Below, in pieces: positions 1 to 10,248 of a DNA stretch of 64,000 nt. Each line of letters opens with the position of its first letter. Positions within the stretch are counted from its first letter, which is position 1. This DNA is from a virus (lineage: Duplodnaviria > Caudoviricetes). The notes under the pieces were generated by a model that saw only the letters and a program-made list of their open reading frames with translations, was not told the origin of the DNA and made no database searches. Both the position numbers and the translations under genes were made by a program. The stretch lies in the IMG/VR virus record IMGVR_UViG_3300033074_001484, positions 116,351 to 180,350 of that record; one strand, given 5' to 3'.

Positions 1-471
1 TCTATTAATGGCAGGTAGAATCACTGATCTGAAAGATTCAACGGCAAATATATCATCAGATTTCATTTCTGATACATTATTCAAAAATTTATGCACAAAT
101 TTATCAATAACCTCTACCCATTTACTAATTGGTATGATATTAACATCAAATGGAGTGTTGAATATAAATTGCTGTAAATCTGACACATAATCCTCAAATT
201 GTAAAGGCTTGCCAGTTATAACATACATTGTATATGCTGCAACATTCAAAGGTGAATAAACATCAATGATATACCCGGATATACGAGACAGTTCTACATC
301 TTCTCCGGAAATTGGAAGATCAGGATGCCTCACGTTATAAATGGTGCGCCGCTTTGACCACATATCAAACACATATATAAAGGATACCGCCCCATCATAT
401 AATTTAATGGGTATCAATAGTTTATTATTATCAATACCATGTAAATTAAATCCGGTCTCCAACAATGTCAT
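1..471 (-). CDS. N-terminal part of a gene running off the window; possibly a family A DNA polymerase-like protein
   Basis: Not in the ORF track. ATG at 471 overlaps the TAA of the upstream gene (TAATG). The frame is open to the window edge: MTLLETGFNLHGIDNNKLLIPIK...FDVNIIPISKWVE... The IIPISK segment resembles N-terminal regions of PolA-like proteins of large phages (from memory). No catalytic motifs lie in the window. Confidence 0.4.
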   Translation of the reverse strand, partial: MTLLETGFNLHGIDNNKLLIPIKLYDGAVSFIYVFDMWSKRRTIYNVRHPDLPISGEDVELSRISGYIIDVYSPLNVAAYTMYVITGKPLQFEDYVSDLQQFIFNTPFDVNIIPISKWVEVIDKFVHKFLNNVSEMKSDDIFAVESFRSVILPAINR

Positions 472-1037
472 TATTTGTAGAATTCAGTAGCGTCCCGCAA
501 ATATAGACCAATTCCTATAAAATCAGATTCTGCTTTGATTATTTTTTGTAAATTTACTTGGTATGCCGATTGTTTTTCGACCTTAGAAATCACCCACGGC
601 ACCACCAATGAATTATACATGACCCCGTTTATACCGGGTAATCCTTTAGTATTTATACTCATATATTGCGGTAAGTCGATTTCAATTATTGTCCGCGATG
701 GATTATTCCTTTTCTGCACAAAATACCTATATATTTCACCACGAACGTAATCTTCCATTGTAGGGATAACAGTATATGGTATCGGTGACATATACTGACT
801 AACATTCATTTGTTTAATTCTATTGTACTGTCTAACATCCTCAGATAACGTCACATTAAGTGGATATAAACGCTTACCATTTACACTCGGCTTAAATTCC
901 GTATACACCCATCCATTTTGTAATATATGATATGGCCCAATATATTCAGCACCATCTGGTAATACAAATTCACCACCGGGGGTATATTTTCCCGGAGATA
1001 TTTGGTGTGGTGGATAATATGGTTTCGTTATGGCCAT
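471..1037 (-). CDS. hypothetical phage protein at the end of the tail module
   Basis: 188-aa ORF with an upstream TATTTATA motif and a YIGPYH...RYFVQKRN signature. Confidence 0.6.
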   Translation of the reverse strand: MAITKPYYPPHQISPGKYTPGGEFVLPDGAEYIGPYHILQNGWVYTEFKPSVNGKRLYPLNVTLSEDVRQYNRIKQMNVSQYMSPIPYTVIPTMEDYVRGEIYRYFVQKRNNPSRTIIEIDLPQYMSINTKGLPGINGVMYNSLVVPWVISKVEKQSAYQVNLQKIIKAESDFIGIGLYLRDATEFYK

Positions 1038-1069
1038 GTTATATTACGTATTTAGTTCCACGGGTTACC

Positions 1070-1078
1070 TATAAATAT
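1070..1078 (-). promoter_or_regulatory. candidate late promoter ATATTTATA
   Basis: Recurrent intergenic motif upstream of start 1037. Confidence 0.6.
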
Positions 1079-1101
1079 AAAACTCACTGTACATTCAAAC
1101 G

Positions 1102-3111
1102 TTAATATAAACTCAACCCTTCACTATTTGTCGCCAAAATACCTTCTATATCGGTACTCCAATCTGAATTTGTTATAGTATGCGTCACCCGACGCACCAT
1201 AAAATATACATTCTTTGAATACCATGATTCTGGCACTTGTGTCGATGTGACTGCGCATCCCGGAATAATCCCCCATGCACCATTAATTGTAGCGTGTATA
1301 GATAATCCGGGATAGTGTACCGGTTCATATTTTCTGGCATCTTCACGTGCTTTATAATACGATGAGACCGCTGATACCAGCCCTTGCACTTGGGACGATC
1401 CAAAGTTATTTTCCCCAAGCAGTCCGGGGTCTTTCACTAATTCATACATTTTTTTAGCAGCTTCATACTGCGCCTTTATACGTTTTGTATTAACACTTGG
1501 CAAACATCCTCGTATTGCTGAAATGGCGTCTCCTTTTTTTGATGCCCCCGCAAACATCGCCACACGATATTCTTCAGAGCCAACATTGCTCTGTATATCA
1601 CATGATCGTGTTACATTGTCAGAGTTTATGGGGTCCAATTTCAAACAAGGTAATTTATTTGAAATCCCATAATTTTGATCCACAACCCACAAAACTTTTT
1701 TATCATCACCCCCCATATCTTCAACCAACCTGATAGCAATAAATCCCCCGGTGGCAACATTTATCGCATCTGAAATCGCATTAAAAAAATCAACTATATT
1801 AACAACTTCTTCTTTAGTATCTTTTACATCGGCATTGTCAGCAGCAGCCTCTCTCTTTTTACTCGCCTTTGCTAAACACCCGGACACTACATCTTTATGG
1901 ATTAAAATTTTACCCAAATCTACTATGCCATCTCCCGATATTGCTCTTACCGCTTCCAAATTGGTTGCGTCGTTCTCAAAATCTTTACCTTTCCCTGCAC
2001 TGTTTTTATAATCACCTGCACTATTACCCATCAACAGCACGGATAGGGGATCGCCCGATTTAAATGCTCTCGGTACCACCCCTTTGCTATAATCTTTATG
2101 AAATTTTATTTTGAGTTGCATAAATTCCGTATCATGTACCGCTTTGTGAAATTGACGCATTAATTGGTCATTGATAATTCTGTGAACTACATACCCAAGT
2201 GTTACATATATTTGATATGTATCTTGGGTGGCCTCATCATATGTACCCATAAATGTACCAATACCCCTACTAACCCACGCTCCTATATTTTGAAATACAT
2301 TTCGCAAATATTTCCCATCGTACATTACTAATGCAGCTTTTGAAAAATTAAAACCATCTACATTGGGAACATAATCACTAAAATCACCCGCCGTCCGAAC
2401 AGTACCATCAACAATGGAATTTAATGACATTGTACCATTTTGTTGAGTATCACATACAATCAATTGATCAACCCCAGATACTTTATCTCTTTGTTGTGCA
2501 GCGTGTTCACCGGCAACAATATATTCCAGCCCATTAGCCACCATCATCATTTGCATGTCGGCTGTTTTTAATGCTACCGCCGATGAAACAGCTGAACATC
2601 TACACAACCAAGTCCCCTCAGAATTAGCATTAAATTCAAATGTGGCAATTGTAAAATCTTTTAAACTAACTGAATCATTGACATCCCATACATTACCCCC
2701 GAATGAATAAGCAAGGTCTAATCGTAATTTGTTTCCGGGTATTAAAAATGATTCAAATATATCCTGAAAATCATCTTTGGTGTATGCTTCAATTTCAACA
2801 TTTATTCGTTGGGCAAGTCCCCAATCTCCCCCATAGTCAATGGTAACACTTTTCAATGTAGGTAACGGTTTAATAAGCCCACCACGATTATAATCCCCAT
2901 CCCATGTTGTAGGGTCTTTTGGAAGTGTATACGATTTTCCACCCTCACATGCCATAGGTGTTGCAGTAACTTTAACGATAGCTGGATTGCGGACTTGCGC
3001 CGATTTACCCCCTACAAATCTAACTTGATTGTTTAAACCTTTTCTACCACCAATAACCCCCATAAAACCTCCAATAGGGGCACGGCGGAATAAATTTATA
3101 GCATCTGCCAT
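1102..3111 (-). CDS. baseplate hub protein (T4 gp27 / P2 gpD-like)
   Basis: 669 aa. The C-terminal G-x-I-PG...YFMVRRVTHTI...WSTDIEG pattern is typical of hub proteins. Follows the TMP-initiator-LysM genes, the canonical order. Confidence 0.65.
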   Translation of the reverse strand: MADAINLFRRAPIGGFMGVIGGRKGLNNQVRFVGGKSAQVRNPAIVKVTATPMACEGGKSYTLPKDPTTWDGDYNRGGLIKPLPTLKSVTIDYGGDWGLAQRINVEIEAYTKDDFQDIFESFLIPGNKLRLDLAYSFGGNVWDVNDSVSLKDFTIATFEFNANSEGTWLCRCSAVSSAVALKTADMQMMMVANGLEYIVAGEHAAQQRDKVSGVDQLIVCDTQQNGTMSLNSIVDGTVRTAGDFSDYVPNVDGFNFSKAALVMYDGKYLRNVFQNIGAWVSRGIGTFMGTYDEATQDTYQIYVTLGYVVHRIINDQLMRQFHKAVHDTEFMQLKIKFHKDYSKGVVPRAFKSGDPLSVLLMGNSAGDYKNSAGKGKDFENDATNLEAVRAISGDGIVDLGKILIHKDVVSGCLAKASKKREAAADNADVKDTKEEVVNIVDFFNAISDAINVATGGFIAIRLVEDMGGDDKKVLWVVDQNYGISNKLPCLKLDPINSDNVTRSCDIQSNVGSEEYRVAMFAGASKKGDAISAIRGCLPSVNTKRIKAQYEAAKKMYELVKDPGLLGENNFGSSQVQGLVSAVSSYYKAREDARKYEPVHYPGLSIHATINGAWGIIPGCAVTSTQVPESWYSKNVYFMVRRVTHTITNSDWSTDIEGILATNSEGLSLY

Positions 3112-3113
3112 TG

Positions 3114-3419
3114 TTAATTCTGCATTTCAGTGAATATATCTTCAATCTCAAATCTATCAAGGGGATACGGTATGCGCAATTGTATTCCAACAGGAGGTTT
3201 TATAGTTGGAGCACTCAAATTATTAGCCCTTGCAATAAGAATCCAATATCGTGGATCGCCATAATATTCATTTGCCAACAAATCCATTCGATGATGGCTT
3301 TTGGTAATAATAAAAATATCAGTATCTTTCATTTCAAACCGTGGATAATACATAGTTGAATATCTATGCAGCGAAATTTTATCAATTATATCACCCGCGT
3401 ATTGTTTATATCGTTGCAT
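3114..3419 (-). CDS. LysM-like baseplate protein (T4 gp53 / P2 gpX-like)
   Basis: RMDLLANEYYGDPRYWILIARANNL...GIQLRIP LysM-type motif; synteny. Confidence 0.8.
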   Translation of the reverse strand: MQRYKQYAGDIIDKISLHRYSTMYYPRFEMKDTDIFIITKSHHRMDLLANEYYGDPRYWILIARANNLSAPTIKPPVGIQLRIPYPLDRFEIEDIFTEMQN

Positions 3420-3427
3420 TTAACCCC

Positions 3428-4003
3428 TTATGTTTTATTTGAATCCGGCTGTTGTCTATGAAAATATTTATACGTTCCATGTTTTTTCGCACCTATTTTG
3501 TAATCTGGACGATTACCAAGCCCATCTGTAAGATTTCTAATACTAATTGTGACTTGTGTGTATACTGGACGTTTGGCATCACCATCCCACGGATATTCCA
3601 ATTCCCAATTCAAACTCAGTGATGTTATATACCCAATCCCCTCAAGTAATTCCGCAATTTCATAATATACAAACGGTGCATTATATCCTTGATTGGGTCG
3701 TCTAAGCGGATATGTTAATAATGCCAATTTTCGCAATTTCGTATAATTTGCATCATGTTCATCTTTATTAGTTGCAATGGTCATAAATGAAAACCCAAGT
3801 GACCGCGAATGCCCAGTATACATCACTTTTGGGTCCGCACGTCCCATGTCAAAATGCTCTGACCATTGTGGGGAATTGTCATCTGAAATTGCTGATGTCA
3901 AAAAACAATCAAACAATAAATCCTCATCCGCTGGACCCTGTCCCGGTATCATTGGTCTAAACACCAATTTTCGCACATTTCCATTACGAGGATATTTACT
4001 CAT
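3428..4003 (-). CDS. tail tube initiator / baseplate tube cap (gp48/gp54, P2 gpU-like)
   Basis: W-x5-GRAD...YTG-x-SRSL-x-F-x-F...GYITSLSL-x-W tube-fold pattern directly after the tape measure gene. Confidence 0.65.
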   Translation of the reverse strand: MSKYPRNGNVRKLVFRPMIPGQGPADEDLLFDCFLTSAISDDNSPQWSEHFDMGRADPKVMYTGHSRSLGFSFMTIATNKDEHDANYTKLRKLALLTYPLRRPNQGYNAPFVYYEIAELLEGIGYITSLSLNWELEYPWDGDAKRPVYTQVTISIRNLTDGLGNRPDYKIGAKKHGTYKYFHRQQPDSNKT

Positions 4004-4005
4004 AT

Positions 4006-7000
4006 TTACCTATCATTTGACATTGGTTTTGACAGTCTATAAATTCTATTCGCATCATCTTTACCAACTGACACCACAACCGGTCTATTACTATAATCCT
4101 GAAATAAATCAACCAACCGTTTCAAATATACTTCCAGCCGTTCAAGGGTAAGTTCTTGTCCACTTGGCATATCAAAATCAACTTCATCGGGTGTATTTCC
4201 AACCGCACGGTCTTTCACCCCACGGCTTAAATCCGTTTTAGCAATGTTAACACCTTGGCCAGTGTATGATTCAGGTGGTGGCATTGCACTAATCATATTA
4301 GCATATTTTTCATTTACTTTTAAAGATGCTGATATATTCTGTGATGTTGATTTCAATGAAGTCAACATGTTCAGCTTTTCAATATTTACATCTTCAAGCG
4401 TGGCACTTAATTTGACTAAGGATGCTGCAAGCGCATTTATACTCAGGGATGTAGCATCAATTCCACCACCAATATCAGCAAATGTCGATAATGATTTACC
4501 AATCGAATCCGATGTTGCAACAGGATAATCATACAATCCCTTACCAAATGATATAAGTACACTTAAAACCGATTGTAAGGCATCTATATTCAAGTTACTA
4601 AACTTGGACAGGCTTGTTTCAAGAATCCCTGTCGATGTGCCTAATTTTTTTAAGCCATTTGCTAACGGAATTATAGCAACACCCATAACTGCTAACGCGG
4701 CAGCACCGGCCAAAATAGCGGCAGCACCAAATCCAGATAATACAAATGCACCAAGTGCTGTTAACGCAACAGTCAATCCCAACAGTGCAGTACCAGCAAT
4801 GCCAAGTGTAGACCATTTTACATCGGTTAACATATTTAATGCGTATGCCAATGGTATTAACGATGCCCCCATGATAGCCAACGCCACTGACCCTACAATA
4901 GCATTTGAGGCAACTTTACTTACTAACATAGCCATTGCAACCAACCCACCCATCGCCACTGTAGCTTTACCAATACTTGACCAATCCACTGATGCAAATT
5001 TGCCCATCGCCTCAGATATAATATACATAGATGAAGCTAATATCACCAAAGATGTTGCACCAATTAACGCCTTTGGCCCGAACGTGTTTAAACCCTTTCC
5101 AATCCCACTCAATAAATTTTCAATTCCCTCCCCGGCAGCATCTGTTAGTGATTTGAATACATCGCCAATAGTTGTAGTTAAAGTTTTCAGTACATCACCA
5201 ATTGAATTTATCATACTAATAAATCCATTCTTTAAGGTCGATCCTATGTTTTTCAGCCCATCTATCATCGATGCTCCAGTCTTTTTACTATCTGTCGCTG
5301 AATCGCCAAGAATTGATGAAAATATGGAACTGCCACCTGTCTTCGAGCTTGTAATACCTTTTATCTTATCAAATACACCACCAAGCATCCCTCCCACGGA
5401 TGGTATCATTTTTTTAAGTATTGAGAAAGATTTTGTAATTGGCCATAGCCCAAATTTTAAATATGACAATGGACTTTTTAATACCCACAGACCACCCATC
5501 AATCCACCAATCGAATATAGTAAAACTTCAAATCCACTCATCTGCTTGAAAACAGCAGTTATATTAGATTTTACATTATCAAACCCATTGGCAAATGATG
5601 TTACAACATCAACTCCCGATGAAATATTATCAACAACGCCCACCACCATATTACCAAGAACCTTAAATGGTGCAAGTATACCTTTGACAATGGTTAATAT
5701 ACCTTTTAATAACCATCCGGCAACTCTAAACAATCCAACTAAAATTTCAAATGCCGGGGATAATCCATCCAATAAATCTCCGAACGATTCTGCAAGTGGT
5801 AATATTGACTTAATCAGTATTGCCTTGAAGCGATCAAACATGTTATTTAGTCGATCTGCTGCATCTAATTCATGTAATTTCTGCTTAACTTGCGCATCAG
5901 TTAGCATAGACACATCGCCCAATTTATCTGCATATTTATTTGCCAAATCCACTTCATCCTTGGACATTGAAGCCATTTTCTCCTTTAAAACCAAACTTTT
6001 TGATATTTCCTCAACTGACATGCCAAGTGTATTTGCAAGTTTCATCCTCTGCAAATAATCCATATTAGACCATTCATTTAATGATCCTATCGAATCCATT
6101 ATTGCCTTGCTCATACCTTCGATGTCTCCGGCGATGCCCAAATCAAACGCTTTTGACAGATCAATACCCGACATTGCGTTTAATTCATACATGTCAGTCA
6201 TGAACCCTTCAATATTAAGCATTTTTTTAGCAACTTCACCCGCTTGTTTTAAGGTGACACCCAATTTACGTGTTGCTATTGCGGCTTTAGCAGCGTCTTC
6301 AGGATATCCTGCATAATATGTCTGTAACGTCTCGGCAGCATCCAATAAATCTTGTGTTATCATTTGTGGCGATAACCCATTCAACTCCGATAGATAATTT
6401 ATATTTCTAACTAACGTTTTTGACAACGTATCATCTGCTCCTAATTTTTGAAACTCATTATATAAACCAACTGCCTGTTTTTCAGAAATCCCAAACAACT
6501 TAACCGTTTCTCCCAAATTTTGGGAAGTTTTCAATGCAGTTTTGTCCATCAAGGTAAATGTCAATCCCCACGTCTCCGCAAATTCACCTTGTATTGCGGA
6601 TAATTCTCGCATGTTCAAAGTATATCTTGAAGATGCGGAAATCATATCTACCGTGTTTTTATGAATTTGTTTTGCCGTTGATAAACTAACTCCCAATGTT
6701 TTACTAAGCTCTTTCCAACGCTCAGATAACAATGATGATAATTTATACGCACCTGCGATGGCAATTACCAATGCACCAAAGCCAGACATGACTTTTGTAA
6801 CATTCCCGCCAAAGAAATTGATTGCGTCAGACATAGCTTCCGTTGACGTTTTCCCTTTCTTCACTCCATCTATAAATGTTTTGAATGTAGTATCTACAAT
6901 TGACTTGAAACGTACTGACGCTTCATTTAATCCTAAAAATTCAGCAATTGGTGTTGGTACTAATGATATCATATTTGATAATGCCACGGACGCATTGTCA

Positions 7001-8073
7001 AATAATTTATTCGTAGTTTTTAATGTGCCACCCAACGACTTTAGAAGCTCCATCCGTTCTTCATACGCTTCTATAACTACACGATCCCCGTGTAATTTAT
7101 CAGTAGCCTTTGCAATTGCAGCAATGTCTAATTCCGTTTTTCCAAGTTTTCGCAGCCGCTCTATTTGAGCATCCGTAAGATGTCCAATTGAATTATATTG
7201 ATTAGCCATCTCATCAAGCTCTGCATTCACCTTTTCGATAGCCTTCATGGTTTGAGTGTACGCAGCACCGGCCAATTTATCACCGGTAGAGATATTAACT
7301 AAAATCTCCTTTTCTGGGAACCATTTATACCCGTACATTTCAGCAGCATACAATTTAACTTTGTTTGCTAAGATTTTAGCTTCAAGCTCCATTGCTGATA
7401 CTGCATCTTTTGCAGATGCAGCCAATCGATTAAATCCTTCGTCCACTTCCACTGAATCAAATCCAATCTGAATTTTTTTAGATGAAAGCGTATCCATGAA
7501 ATTATCCATAGACGATATAATATCGTCTATACTTCGCTGATCTATTAATTCCGGTGCAAATATAGAGTCTACATCAACTGCTCGTAAAATTGCATTATGA
7601 ACAGCCTCCATCGATGATTCACCTACAATCCCGGCACTTCTATATTGTTTTTCAAGCCTTTTTATTTCATCCGTTAATCTATAAAATGCGTCAGTTAACG
7701 TTTCTGTAAAATAAATCTCGTCATCTATAAAATCTTGCCGAGTTTTTCTACTCTTTAGCTCGTCTTTGAATCGTTTATAACCTTTTTCGTCCAACTTGTC
7801 AAGCTCTTTGTACTTGTCAAGTAAGTAATCCGTATCCTTTTTATCAAGTTTTAAGTTCTTTAAAAATTTATTTATAGACCCTTCGTTTATACTTTTCAGT
7901 TTTTTGGCATTTTGGATCGCATCCTTTAATGTGTCAGATGAATTGATAATACCACTGTCCAACGCTTCAATTAATAAACGAAACGCCTTGGCATGTTCGT
8001 CCATTCGAGTCGCTGATTCAGCCAACTCATTATTTAAACGTATAATTAATTTGGGATCAATTTGCTTGGCCAT
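4006..8073 (-). CDS. tail tape measure protein
   Basis: 1355 aa, helical and Ala/Gly/Leu-rich with hydrophobic segments. Lies downstream of the tube and chaperone genes and upstream of the initiator/LysM/hub genes. Confidence 0.9.
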   Translation of the reverse strand: MAKQIDPKLIIRLNNELAESATRMDEHAKAFRLLIEALDSGIINSSDTLKDAIQNAKKLKSINEGSINKFLKNLKLDKKDTDYLLDKYKELDKLDEKGYKRFKDELKSRKTRQDFIDDEIYFTETLTDAFYRLTDEIKRLEKQYRSAGIVGESSMEAVHNAILRAVDVDSIFAPELIDQRSIDDIISSMDNFMDTLSSKKIQIGFDSVEVDEGFNRLAASAKDAVSAMELEAKILANKVKLYAAEMYGYKWFPEKEILVNISTGDKLAGAAYTQTMKAIEKVNAELDEMANQYNSIGHLTDAQIERLRKLGKTELDIAAIAKATDKLHGDRVVIEAYEERMELLKSLGGTLKTTNKLFDNASVALSNMISLVPTPIAEFLGLNEASVRFKSIVDTTFKTFIDGVKKGKTSTEAMSDAINFFGGNVTKVMSGFGALVIAIAGAYKLSSLLSERWKELSKTLGVSLSTAKQIHKNTVDMISASSRYTLNMRELSAIQGEFAETWGLTFTLMDKTALKTSQNLGETVKLFGISEKQAVGLYNEFQKLGADDTLSKTLVRNINYLSELNGLSPQMITQDLLDAAETLQTYYAGYPEDAAKAAIATRKLGVTLKQAGEVAKKMLNIEGFMTDMYELNAMSGIDLSKAFDLGIAGDIEGMSKAIMDSIGSLNEWSNMDYLQRMKLANTLGMSVEEISKSLVLKEKMASMSKDEVDLANKYADKLGDVSMLTDAQVKQKLHELDAADRLNNMFDRFKAILIKSILPLAESFGDLLDGLSPAFEILVGLFRVAGWLLKGILTIVKGILAPFKVLGNMVVGVVDNISSGVDVVTSFANGFDNVKSNITAVFKQMSGFEVLLYSIGGLMGGLWVLKSPLSYLKFGLWPITKSFSILKKMIPSVGGMLGGVFDKIKGITSSKTGGSSIFSSILGDSATDSKKTGASMIDGLKNIGSTLKNGFISMINSIGDVLKTLTTTIGDVFKSLTDAAGEGIENLLSGIGKGLNTFGPKALIGATSLVILASSMYIISEAMGKFASVDWSSIGKATVAMGGLVAMAMLVSKVASNAIVGSVALAIMGASLIPLAYALNMLTDVKWSTLGIAGTALLGLTVALTALGAFVLSGFGAAAILAGAAALAVMGVAIIPLANGLKKLGTSTGILETSLSKFSNLNIDALQSVLSVLISFGKGLYDYPVATSDSIGKSLSTFADIGGGIDATSLSINALAASLVKLSATLEDVNIEKLNMLTSLKSTSQNISASLKVNEKYANMISAMPPPESYTGQGVNIAKTDLSRGVKDRAVGNTPDEVDFDMPSGQELTLERLEVYLKRLVDLFQDYSNRPVVVSVGKDDANRIYRLSKPMSNDR

Positions 8074-8105
8074 TTACACTCCGACACACTTATAAGGTGT
8101 TAGGT

Positions 8106-8411
8106 TTATTCTGGTTTATAATCCGATGCCATTTTTCTATATTTCTCATGCTTTGAGCGTTTGTAATAAAAGTCCGGGTCTTTCCAAAACTCTTTACATG
8201 CCGGGTGGTGTGGGTCTTCATGGCATTTCTTAGCAAGTATTTCCGCCATCTTATCAAAAGCACTCCGATACGATGTGACAGCCTTATTAACTTCAGGGTC
8301 TTCATCTACCGCAGTAGCTAACTTTTTCAACGATTTTTTCACAAATGGATAAGCGAGAAGCCTTGCAATCTCAACCCATATATTTTCCGTAAACAAATAT
8401 TTTCTTGACAT
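8106..8411 (-). CDS. hypothetical protein
   Basis: 101 aa, perfect AAGGAGG SD, own TATTTAT motif. Confidence 0.75.
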   Translation of the reverse strand: MSRKYLFTENIWVEIARLLAYPFVKKSLKKLATAVDEDPEVNKAVTSYRSAFDKMAEILAKKCHEDPHHPACKEFWKDPDFYYKRSKHEKYRKMASDYKPE

Positions 8412-8424
8412 ATAATCCTCCTTA

Positions 8425-8433
8425 AATAAATAT
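8425..8433 (-). promoter_or_regulatory. candidate late promoter ATATTTATT
   Basis: Upstream of start 8411. Confidence 0.6.
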
Positions 8434-8457
8434 CCAACCCATATTAAAAATTGAAAA

Positions 8458-8683
8458 TCATCTACGCCGCATTCGTTTTGAACTATTAAGTTTGGATTTA
8501 TCTTCCTCGGCTTGCTTTATTCTGGTCTCAATAATATCATGCATCTTCATGTAATAATATGCCCTCACATTGACAGGCATTGCATGCACATCTGAATATG
8601 TAAAACCACCCTCCCCATAAAATACCAAATCAAATATTTGGTTATATACAGTCGTATTATAATCTACTGTCAGGCCAAAAAAA
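8458..8683 (-). CDS. tail assembly chaperone C-terminal extension (T4 gp51 / lambda gpT-like), probably reached by frameshift
   Basis: Overlaps the end of the upstream gene at a T7 run. The IFDLVFYGEGGFTYSDVHAMPVNVRAYY segment is gp51/gpT-like. The in-frame ATG at 8736 has no SD. Confidence 0.65.
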
Positions 8684-9490
8684 GTCCAATCCGATGGTAG
8701 GCGTTGTACGAAAGGGTTCCCCGGTGCCCTCATCAATTATTTCAATAGTCATGTCTATGTCCGGTTGTATTTCTGAAATATACTGCCGAAGTCTGCGACT
8801 ATCAAATGCCATTAAATCATTTTCAATGTACATTTTAATAAACCGTGGATCGGAATTATCATTAATTGATAATATCATATGTGACAGCCTAACCGTCATT
8901 TGGTGATCCGGTGAATCAGGACGTTTATATTTTTTAGCAGCAGCATCCATCGACTTTTGATCACCATTAGTCAGCAGTTTAAATTTAATAATGTCACCGC
9001 CTCTTGTGGTAAAGTTAAACTCGTTTACCCCCGGAGTATATTTTGATTCATCTAATTCTTTTGGTTTAAATTCTTCCAAATTTACTGTAACGGTCTGTTC
9101 TCCACCACTTGGGGTTTTAACCTTTGCAGTATACTCTGGACCATATCCATATACACGCGCAGCCAACATAATAGCAGTTTTATCGCCGAGCAACATACTA
9201 TCATAGTCAATATTAGAGATTATCAGAGATTGAAACAACCTGTCCAACACAATACCAGATCGGATATATTGTTCTGTTGTTAAAATATCTTCTTCTTTGG
9301 CTGTCATATATTTCATTTCAACCCGGCCAATTGATAATGGATTTTCTGGGGGATATACTATACCCCGCGATGGTAAATCAACCATTACCGTTGGATATTT
9401 AAGATCGCGAGCCGCGTTTGATATGTTCGCTTCATGATCTACGGTTTCAGTAACCGGTTTATTTGGATAATTTTCCACTACATTACTCAT
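8657..9490 (-). CDS. baseplate hub / tail assembly chaperone (T4 gp26-like)
   Basis: VDLPSRG...MKYMTAKEEDIL...GDKTAIMLAARVYGYG motifs, ends in FFWP; AAGGAG SD; sits between the tube and tape measure genes. Confidence 0.8.
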   Translation of the reverse strand: MSNVVENYPNKPVTETVDHEANISNAARDLKYPTVMVDLPSRGIVYPPENPLSIGRVEMKYMTAKEEDILTTEQYIRSGIVLDRLFQSLIISNIDYDSMLLGDKTAIMLAARVYGYGPEYTAKVKTPSGGEQTVTVNLEEFKPKELDESKYTPGVNEFNFTTRGGDIIKFKLLTNGDQKSMDAAAKKYKRPDSPDHQMTVRLSHMILSINDNSDPRFIKMYIENDLMAFDSRRLRQYISEIQPDIDMTIEIIDEGTGEPFRTTPTIGLDFFWPDSRL

Positions 9491-9502
9491 AACTTCTCCT
9501 TT

Positions 9503-9697
9503 TTATCGTAATAACCATTTTGAATTAATCCTATCTACCACCATTGTTATGAACGCGGTGAGTTCATGTTTAGGAATCCCTCGCTCATCAAGATATGTAT
9601 CAAAAATATTATCCCGATGGCCTATCTTCAATACATCAGATATAAACGCATCAACATCGTTCATTGTAATTTTGGTGGGATTTTTACTCATACTCAT
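9503..9697 (-). CDS. hypothetical protein
   Basis: 64-aa ORF filling the gap, preceded by a TATTTAT motif. Confidence 0.55.
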   Translation of the reverse strand: MSMSKNPTKITMNDVDAFISDVLKIGHRDNIFDTYLDERGIPKHELTAFITMVVDRINSKWLLR

Positions 9698-9714
9698 ATA
9701 ATCTCAATACTGTG

Positions 9715-9723
9715 AATAAATAT
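9715..9723 (-). promoter_or_regulatory. candidate late promoter ATATTTATT
   Basis: Upstream of start 9697. Confidence 0.6.
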
Positions 9724-9745
9724 AAAGAACTCGCGTGAAAATGTA

Positions 9746-10237
9746 TCACTGCTTTGTTAAAATTGCATAATCATATGCTATAACCAATGTAGCAGTTAAT
9801 ATATCGTCAGATGACCAATCCAACTGACCAAAATCGATGTTGGCTATTAATGGATTAACCAATTCAAACTTATAAACATTAGCATCCCAATCCAATTTCT
9901 TAACAAATATAGAAATACTTGTCGGCGAATAATCCGTTTTATACTTATCAACCCCCGATTCTATATCTTGATGTAACAATAACCAATCCCATAATTTCAT
10001 ATTTGAGGCAGGTTCCTCCAACTGATACAGTACCATTGAAATATCATTCCACCGGGTTTTACCCTTCACCTTTATGTATGTGTTCCCATAATCTACAGTA
10101 ATTGGCGTTTGTTCAAGGCTTGGTAATTGAGTAGATTTGGCGTTTGTCATAAAATCGCCAGTATCCAACGTTGAAAATTGTACCTTGAATTGGTATTGTA
10201 AAATGGGCTTATATGCAGATGGTTCAAGACGTGCCAT
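9746..10237 (-). CDS. tail tube protein paralogue 3 (gp19-like)
   Basis: P-x-LQYQF...KVKGKTRWNDI...W...FGQLDWSSDD...YDYA; AGGAG SD. Confidence 0.8.
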   Translation of the reverse strand: MARLEPSAYKPILQYQFKVQFSTLDTGDFMTNAKSTQLPSLEQTPITVDYGNTYIKVKGKTRWNDISMVLYQLEEPASNMKLWDWLLLHQDIESGVDKYKTDYSPTSISIFVKKLDWDANVYKFELVNPLIANIDFGQLDWSSDDILTATLVIAYDYAILTKQ

Positions 10238-10248
10238 ATATAATTCTC

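Noticed and set aside
4604-6058. 484-aa plus-strand ORF
   Set aside because: Antisense shadow of the tape measure gene, with a low-complexity translation and no motifs or SD.
8090-8305. 71-aa minus-strand ORF
   Set aside because: Alternative frame inside 8106-8411, which has the SD and promoter motif.
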